Translations under genes and position numbers: made by a program | Virus record (IMG/VR): IMGVR_UViG_3300031694_000003 | Location: 3,767 to 67,766 of that record | Origin: a virus | Taxonomy: Duplodnaviria > Caudoviricetes | Strand: one strand, 5' to 3' | Length of the DNA stretch: 64,000 bases | Shown: positions 58,865 through 64,000 of the stretch, in pieces | Numbering within the stretch: position 1 is the stretch's first letter | How the letters are laid out: each line of letters starts with the position of its first letter | Notes under the pieces: generated by a model | Told to the model about the DNA's origin: nothing | Databases searched by the model: none | Seen by the model: the letters and a program-made list of their open reading frames with translations, nothing else

Positions 58865-59412
58865 TGAATAAGGAAAGACTCGAAAAGTTATGCTGGTCAA
58901 TGCTTTGTATAGCCCTATTATTTTTCATCATAATAGGCATTAGTACCGCAGCTAAAGCTCAACAACAACAAGTATTTGTGGAGTGTACAACAGGAGATTA
59001 CCCTGATGAAGTGTCTTGGCAGATACTAACTTGTAATGGTGGTATATTGTTAGAAGGGATAGCCCCGTACTTAGGTGCTGTGGTTTTACCAGAATACTAC
59101 CAGATAAACATGGTTGATTCATACGGAGACGGATGGAATGGCGCATACTTATATGTAGGACAGACTGAATATGGTTTCTTATCTGATGTAGATTGGATAG
59201 ACTCTCTTGGTACTTGGCCTCAAGAATTTAAAGAACAACTAGTAGACGTGGGGTGTTTGACTATAGGGATAGAAGAGGTAGATAATACAAACTTCATTCC
59301 AACTCATTACTACGATATTTTAGGTAGAGAGGTAGAACCTATTAGAGGTTTTTATATAGCAAGCAATGGCGTACTAACTAGAAAGGTTTACATAAATGAG
59401 ATTAAGCGATAA
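58864..59412 (+). CDS. Secreted protein with a DSYGDGWNG domain and a short T9SS-CTD-like tail
   Basis: Signal peptide ...STAAKA-Q; YPDEVSWQI...DSYGDGWNG; IGIEE...YDILGREV...GFYI...RKVYI. Confidence 0.6.
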   Translation: MNKERLEKLCWSMLCIALLFFIIIGISTAAKAQQQQVFVECTTGDYPDEVSWQILTCNGGILLEGIAPYLGAVVLPEYYQINMVDSYGDGWNGAYLYVGQTEYGFLSDVDWIDSLGTWPQEFKEQLVDVGCLTIGIEEVDNTNFIPTHYYDILGREVEPIRGFYIASNGVLTRKVYINEIKR

Positions 59413-59851
59413 TTTTGTACTGTCTGAGATTACTCGAAGCAATGCAGCTAAACGATTAGGTATAGATAATGGCCCTAGTAAAGAGCACTTACGTAATATA
59501 CAACGAATTGTTACCAATCTTATACAGCCTATGCGTGAAGCTCTTGGTCCTATTAGGATTAGCAGTGGCTATAGGAATCCAGCAGTCAACAGGGCTATCG
59601 GTGGAAGCAGCAAAAGTCAGCACTGTAAGGGTGAGGCTTTGGATTTGCAATTTTGGAACGATGGTAAAATATCGAACAAAGAAATCTACGACTGGGTATT
59701 AGAGAATGATGTAGAGTTTGACCAAATGATTAATGAATTCGACTTCGCTTGGATACATATATCATTAAAGAAAGAAGAGAATAGAAAGCAAGTGTTGGAA
59801 GCCTATAAGGATGAAGACAATGATACTAAATATAAATACGCAGACCTATAA
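59396..59851 (+). CDS. Endolysin, peptidase M15A family
   Basis: LSDNFVLSE, ISSGYRNPAVN, SQHCKGEALD and WIHIS Zn-peptidase motifs. Confidence 0.9.
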   Translation: MRLSDNFVLSEITRSNAAKRLGIDNGPSKEHLRNIQRIVTNLIQPMREALGPIRISSGYRNPAVNRAIGGSSKSQHCKGEALDLQFWNDGKISNKEIYDWVLENDVEFDQMINEFDFAWIHISLKKEENRKQVLEAYKDEDNDTKYKYADL

Positions 59852-60237
59852 TGAGCAAGATACTAGACTTTTTAGGTGGAAGCATCTTAGGTAGCGTTGG
59901 GAATATAGTAGATAACCTTACTACCTCTGATGAGGAGAGGTTAGCTGCTAAGCAAGCAATAGAAGAAGTTCTTATGAAAGCCGAAGTTCAGGCACAACAG
60001 GAAGTCACAAAGCGATGGGAAGCTGACATGAAGTCTGATAACTGGCTTAGTAAGAATATAAGACCACTGATATGCATTTTTTTAACTGCAGTATTTGTGG
60101 TCTTTTCTTTTTTTGACGGTAACGTAGGTGGTTTTTCTATATCACCAGCTTATGTGCCTATATATCAAACACTTCTTATTACTGTTTATGGCGCTTACTT
60201 TGCTGGAAGAACTATTGAGAAGGTAAAAAAGAAATAA
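59851..60237 (+). CDS. Holin, GTA-type 3TM family
   Basis: RWEADMKSDNWLSKNIRPL followed by TM helices and YFAGRTIEK. Confidence 0.8.
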   Translation: MSKILDFLGGSILGSVGNIVDNLTTSDEERLAAKQAIEEVLMKAEVQAQQEVTKRWEADMKSDNWLSKNIRPLICIFLTAVFVVFSFFDGNVGGFSISPAYVPIYQTLLITVYGAYFAGRTIEKVKKK

Positions 60238-60617
60238 TGATTGAGTATTTAATAATACATGCAACTGGTACTGAGAAAGATTATGTACCTGAGAAAAAAG
60301 AATATAATTTGTCCGTATCTTGCGATATAGTACATTTTAACGGACAACTTTCAAGATATAAAGCGGGGAAGGAGCACCCATCTACGGGTGAATCTTACAA
60401 GCATATAGCATATATAGGGGGCATATTAGATGGTAAAGCTTCTGACACCGCAACTTGGAAGCAGTACGATAGTTTAGAGCACGTTGTTATGTATCATTTA
60501 CTATACAACCAGAACTTAAAGATAGGTTCTTCTTCTCTGTTCTTTAATACTGATGCAGGTATAAAGGTTAGACGATGGCTAGAAGATATAGGTGTTAACA
60601 AGAAAAATATAATGTAA
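60237..60617 (+). CDS. Degenerate T7-lysozyme-like (Amidase_2) protein
   Basis: LIIHAT, IAYIGG, DTATWKQYDSL and VRRWL match the fold; distal Zn ligands appear missing. Confidence 0.6.
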   Translation: MIEYLIIHATGTEKDYVPEKKEYNLSVSCDIVHFNGQLSRYKAGKEHPSTGESYKHIAYIGGILDGKASDTATWKQYDSLEHVVMYHLLYNQNLKIGSSSLFFNTDAGIKVRRWLEDIGVNKKNIM

Positions 60618-60760
60618 TGACTATAGATATAGGTTTATATACGGGGATTCTTTTTGGAGTTAGGAGCTTCGAACCTTCAGAGACTCATCCTTACTGGGAG
60701 TTTCATATCTATCTACCTCTTTTTTATATAGCATACATGAATGTAGACATAAGAGAATAG
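60617..60760 (+). CDS. Small hypothetical protein (47 aa, MTIDIGLYTGILFGVR...), not in the ORF track
   Basis: TAATG coupling; fills the gap exactly. Confidence 0.6.
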   Translation: MTIDIGLYTGILFGVRSFEPSETHPYWEFHIYLPLFYIAYMNVDIRE

Positions 60761-60762
60761 TT

Positions 60763-61041
60763 ATGGCAAGAAATACATTAGCTGGTAAAGGAAAAGGGAA
60801 GAGTAAGAGTGCTAAGTACTATGCTGCAAACCCTGAAGCTCGTAAAAAAAAACAAGCATACGATAAGAAATTTCATTCTACCCCAGCAAGGAAGAAGTAT
60901 CGTTCTAAATTAAACTCAGCTAATAGAAAAGCTAAGACGTATGGTAATAAGGATGGGAAAGATATGTCTCATACAAAAAAAGGAACATTAGTCAAGGAAA
61001 AGCAATCTAAAAACAGAGCAAGAAATCGTGGGAAAAAGTAA
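60763..61041 (+). CDS. Small very basic protein (92 aa), possible HNH remnant
   Basis: GNKDGKDMSH...KNRARN; Lys/Arg-rich. Confidence 0.55.
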   Translation: MARNTLAGKGKGKSKSAKYYAANPEARKKKQAYDKKFHSTPARKKYRSKLNSANRKAKTYGNKDGKDMSHTKKGTLVKEKQSKNRARNRGKK

Positions 61042-62350
61042 GAATGATGAGCTACGTGCCTATCTATTAAAGAATCCAGAGAAATTAAATGGTGGTTATT
61101 CAGAAACCGCTGCAATGTTTAACACAACTTACGAAGCTGTAAGAGGGCAAGCCAGAAATTTAAGGGCAGCGTTCAATCAAGAGATACAAGCAGCTTCATA
61201 CTCATCGGCAGAGATGCCAAATGAGAAAGTCATCACCAATGAAAAGGAAGACTCGTTAACAATATCAGTAGAGGACAGTAATAGAGTAAAATCATTAGAT
61301 GACCTTATACAGAACTGTAGAGTTGACTTGGAGACTTGGGAGGTTGACTGGTTTGATATAGGTACATACGAAGTAACAGGATTTGATAACGACAGGAAAC
61401 CTGTCACTGTTACCATGTATAGAACTAAAGCTAAGTTTAAAAAAATAGATGTTTGGAAGAACATAGCTATATTAAGAGAAGATTTAAAACAAGACCTACT
61501 AGAGGCATTCCAAGCTTATGCATTTGAACCTACTTATACTATTGATAAGAAAGAAGGCGAAGGCTATCTGCTCGAAATTGGGGCATACGACTTGCATTTG
61601 GGTAAGTTGGGGATTGATGGTGATAACTATAGTCTTGATGTGGCTAGAGATAGGCTTTTCAGTGCTCTTAATTCCTTATTTAATAAGGCGAGAGGATTCA
61701 AAATCGAAGAAATAGTATTTGTAGTAGGTAATGATTTCCTTAATATAGATAGAGCTAACCCTTTTAACTCAACAACAGCAGGTACACCACAAAGTAACAC
61801 TGTCTCAGCATACGAGGCTTACAGATTTGGTAGAAAGATGTTGATTGAAGCTATTAATGGCTTAGCTGCCGAAGCACCCGTTCGTGTTATAGTAATTCCT
61901 GGTAATCATGACGAGGAATCTATGCTACACATGGGTGATGCTATTGAGGCTTTATACGAAAATACCCCCCATGTGACAGTAGACAATAGCCGACCACTTA
62001 TGAAATCATATAAGTACGGTGAATGTCTACTGATATTTGACCACGGACATAGAGTTAAGAACTATAAAAACCTTGCCTCTGTCATCTCCCAACGCTTTAG
62101 AGATGTTTGGAGTAGTGTGAAGCACATTGAAGTCCACAGAGGTCACCTACATAGCTTAAAGTCTAGTGTAATGGGTCAAGTTGAAGAACTAAATGGTATT
62201 GCAGTAAGGCACTTAGGTAGTATGTCTCCTACTGACCAATGGCATGATGATAGTGGCTACATTGGTTCTACTAAAAGAGCACATGCGTTTGTATGGCATA
62301 AGAGAGATGGAATGCAGTGTGAGTACTATTACAATGTTCCAACTCCGTAA
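61028..62350 (+). CDS. Calcineurin-like metallophosphoesterase with an N-terminal HTH-like region
   Basis: DLHLG, VGNDF, PGNHD, DHGH and HRGHLH motifs. Confidence 0.8.
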   Translation: MGKSKNDELRAYLLKNPEKLNGGYSETAAMFNTTYEAVRGQARNLRAAFNQEIQAASYSSAEMPNEKVITNEKEDSLTISVEDSNRVKSLDDLIQNCRVDLETWEVDWFDIGTYEVTGFDNDRKPVTVTMYRTKAKFKKIDVWKNIAILREDLKQDLLEAFQAYAFEPTYTIDKKEGEGYLLEIGAYDLHLGKLGIDGDNYSLDVARDRLFSALNSLFNKARGFKIEEIVFVVGNDFLNIDRANPFNSTTAGTPQSNTVSAYEAYRFGRKMLIEAINGLAAEAPVRVIVIPGNHDEESMLHMGDAIEALYENTPHVTVDNSRPLMKSYKYGECLLIFDHGHRVKNYKNLASVISQRFRDVWSSVKHIEVHRGHLHSLKSSVMGQVEELNGIAVRHLGSMSPTDQWHDDSGYIGSTKRAHAFVWHKRDGMQCEYYYNVPTP

Positions 62351-62488
62351 CTACCGTATATCGCGTCATATTTTTTTTTAAAATAACCTCGAAGAAGATT
62401 AGATAGATGATACCTGAAACTACTAACCCGTACTACAATGTTAGTATACTAGCTATACAAGACTTTATTTATTCTTTAAAAAAAGATA

Positions 62489-62511
62489 GACCAGCCCATG
62501 TAGAGCTGGTC
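62489..62511. terminator. Probable terminator hairpin at the convergence of the two transcription directions
   Basis: GACCAGC-CCATGTAGA-GCTGGTC between convergent genes, with an upstream A-run. Confidence 0.5.
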
Positions 62512-62577
62512 AATCAATATATACAGCAACTTGCTTTTGATTGGTATGATGACGGAGGTAGCTCGTGTAAGAATTAG

Positions 62578-62793
62578 TTATTTTCTTTTAGACGGCTTAA
62601 CCTTCTTTTTAGTGTGCTTAGGCTTGCACTCACATTGTGCTTTATCTTTAGATACCTTTGAACAACACTTAGTGGTTTGTTTTTCTTCTTTGATTTCTTC
62701 AAAGCTGCTGTAATAATTCCTATCATCGTATAGATATTTTTTAGCTATTAGCGCAACGCTTGCACCTAATATAAGGGTTAGTAGTAAAGTCAT
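62578..62793 (-). CDS. Small membrane-anchored protein (71 aa)
   Basis: N-terminal TM; CC...CEC; basic tail. Confidence 0.6.
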   Translation of the reverse strand: MTLLLTLILGASVALIAKKYLYDDRNYYSSFEEIKEEKQTTKCCSKVSKDKAQCECKPKHTKKKVKPSKRK

Positions 62794-62794
62794 A

Positions 62795-62881
62795 TTATTT
62801 TGTTCTGTTAACTGATTTGTCGTATATAATAAACAAGACGAAAGCTATCGCTAGTCCTGCAATGAACATTGTTTGTGACAT
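62795..62881 (-). CDS. 28-aa single-TM peptide (MSQTMFIAGLAIAFVLFIIYDKSVNRTK)
   Basis: TAATG coupling; fills the gap. Confidence 0.55.
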   Translation of the reverse strand: MSQTMFIAGLAIAFVLFIIYDKSVNRTK

Positions 62882-63393
62882 TATAATTCGTTTAGTGATG
62901 TTATTAAATTCTTTAACTTTCTTAGGCTATGTATCTCGTATGAATCTTCTGTATATACATGCAATGGACATTCTCCAACTTCGTTAGTTGCTATATCTAT
63001 TCCGTGTATCCTGAAGTCGTAGTACATGAACCCAGGCTCACCACATTCAGCTTCTTGATAACGCTCTATAAACCCTAAGTCTAATAATGCTTTAGGTGTT
63101 ATAGTGTCCTCTTCTCTTTCTACATGCTCATCAATAGATGTCTCGAAGTTAGCTCTCTTCTTTAATATATCAAAGAAACGTTCTGAGTTATCTATATCAA
63201 AATCACTACCTGCTTTATGTTCTCCTCTCTCACTCATAAGAATATCTATCCTATCCTCTAATGAGTCTACCCTAGAGCTATCAAGTTGTATCATTTGATA
63301 TAACGCATCTCTAGTTTCACCTCCACTCACTAGAGCTTCTGTAATTTGGTCTAATACTTTTGTAACTTTGTCGTTGAATTCTTGTTGTTCCAT
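62881..63393 (-). CDS. Hypothetical acidic protein (170 aa)
   Basis: Preceded by a degenerate copy of the 21-bp leader. Confidence 0.7.
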   Translation of the reverse strand: MEQQEFNDKVTKVLDQITEALVSGGETRDALYQMIQLDSSRVDSLEDRIDILMSERGEHKAGSDFDIDNSERFFDILKKRANFETSIDEHVEREEDTITPKALLDLGFIERYQEAECGEPGFMYYDFRIHGIDIATNEVGECPLHVYTEDSYEIHSLRKLKNLITSLNEL

Positions 63394-63400
63394 CTTGGTT

Positions 63401-63601
63401 TTATTTAGTTCTTGTTAATATATTGACAGGTTCTTTACCTCGTCCTATTAACAGCTTGTCTACTGCGATAGCTGCCTCTCTTTCTGTATCAAACTTACTC
63501 CTACTAACTCCATGTATATTTATGTACCAGCGCTGTATGTTATTAGTTCGAACACTAGCTACATGTCTATACATACTCTTAGCATAGTTCATTTTATTCA
63601 T
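63401..63601 (-). CDS. Stand-alone AP2-like DNA-binding domain protein (66 aa)
   Basis: RWYINI...FDTEREAAIAVD pattern. Confidence 0.6.
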   Translation of the reverse strand: MNKMNYAKSMYRHVASVRTNNIQRWYINIHGVSRSKFDTEREAAIAVDKLLIGRGKEPVNILTRTK

Positions 63602-63602
63602 C

Positions 63603-63767
63603 TTAGTCTTGTTTTAGTTCGTTAGGGATTTCCATCCATCTAATTATTTCTCCTTTTAATGTAGTTTCCCACATATCTAACCATTCTGTACTTGCGTAAT
63701 AGCACAACTTGATGTAGCCGTTACTCATTCTACACACATAACTTCCTTCTTTTTTTGGTTGTTCCAT
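63603..63767 (-). CDS. 54-aa protein (MEQPKKEGSYVCRMSNGY...WMEIP), DUF551-like
   Basis: P-x-x-x-G-x-Y-x-C and W-M-E-I-P patterns; bounded by 21-bp repeats. Confidence 0.6.
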   Translation of the reverse strand: MEQPKKEGSYVCRMSNGYIKLCYYASTEWLDMWETTLKGEIIRWMEIPNELKQD

Positions 63768-63779
63768 CTTAGTCTTGTT

Positions 63780-63872
63780 TTAGTTGTTTAAAAATAGTAT
63801 CGCCAAATAAAACACCCAAGTTGCCAATATTGAAGCTACGCACCATTCAAACAAGTTATTTTTCTTCTTCAT
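63780..63872 (-). CDS. 30-aa single-TM peptide (MKKKNNLFEWCVASILATWVFYLAILFLNN)
   Basis: Start and stop both supplied by 21-bp repeats. Confidence 0.55.
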   Translation of the reverse strand: MKKKNNLFEWCVASILATWVFYLAILFLNN

Positions 63873-64000
63873 CTTAGTCTTGTTTTAGTTAGTCCATAGT
63901 TGGGAAGGAATCCCGCCCTCCCCAACGCTGACTTTCAAATCCATTTCAAGATTTCTTTAGTAACACTCACGCAGTCACCTCTCGTAATAGTCAAGGATGA

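Larger units (their letters stand above)
63599..63890 (-). repeat. Three exact copies of AACTAAAACAAGACTAAGATG (63599-63619, 63765-63785, 63870-63890), plus a degenerate copy at 63391-63410
   Basis: Direct comparison of the copies; each ends in a start codon. Confidence 0.9.

Noticed and set aside
536-62713. Many opposite-strand or nested ORFs in the track (e.g. 536-787, 1473-2054, 11705-11899, 17075-17356, 19909-20325, 45485-45889, 61177-61464)
   Set aside because: They are shadows of longer genes with recognisable motifs and lack leaders or coupling.
63905-63930. Hairpin GTTGGGAGG...CCTTCCCAAC on the minus strand near the window end
   Set aside because: No U-tract follows and the upstream context is truncated, so no function could be assigned.
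1-64000. Stop-codon reassignment (TAG or TGA), seen in some crAss-like clades
   Set aside because: Conserved genes are full length and tightly coupled under the standard code; TAG and TGA both end genes at plausible positions.

Overview
A 64 kb segment of a crAss-like (Crassvirales-type) dsDNA phage genome with a Bacteroidetes host, possibly marine; it uses the standard genetic code. From 1 to 11.55 kb the minus strand carries early and replication genes: small early ORFs, a tRNA-like element, a glutamine amidotransferase plus amidoligase pair, DUF932, a replication initiator, DnaB, an HU-like protein and an AAA ATPase. From a divergent junction at about 11.6 kb to 62.35 kb the plus strand carries the late block: terminase, portal, scaffold-like protein, major capsid protein, tail ring and muzzle proteins, three ejection proteins, a 4047-aa virion RNA polymerase polyprotein, tail hub and fibre genes, an exported-protein cluster, lysis genes and a phosphoesterase. 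From 62.6 to 64 kb small minus-strand ORFs converge on the late block. Most notable: (1) a multi-part element (hairpin, AGTGATAGTGA, 31-33 nt, AACTCTC, CTACAAC) repeated upstream of the first early genes, a candidate virion-RNAP promoter; (2) a 63-nt minimal tRNA-like structure; (3) three exported proteins (beta-barrel, Cys-less thioredoxin fold, T9SS-type cargo) inside the lysis region; (4) a free-standing 46-aa peptide resembling the redox tail of ribonucleotide reductase R1; (5) an apparently inactive T7-lysozyme-like amidase; (6) an exact 21-bp repeat forming the junctions of tiny genes. Family calls come from motif recognition by eye; no database searches were run.
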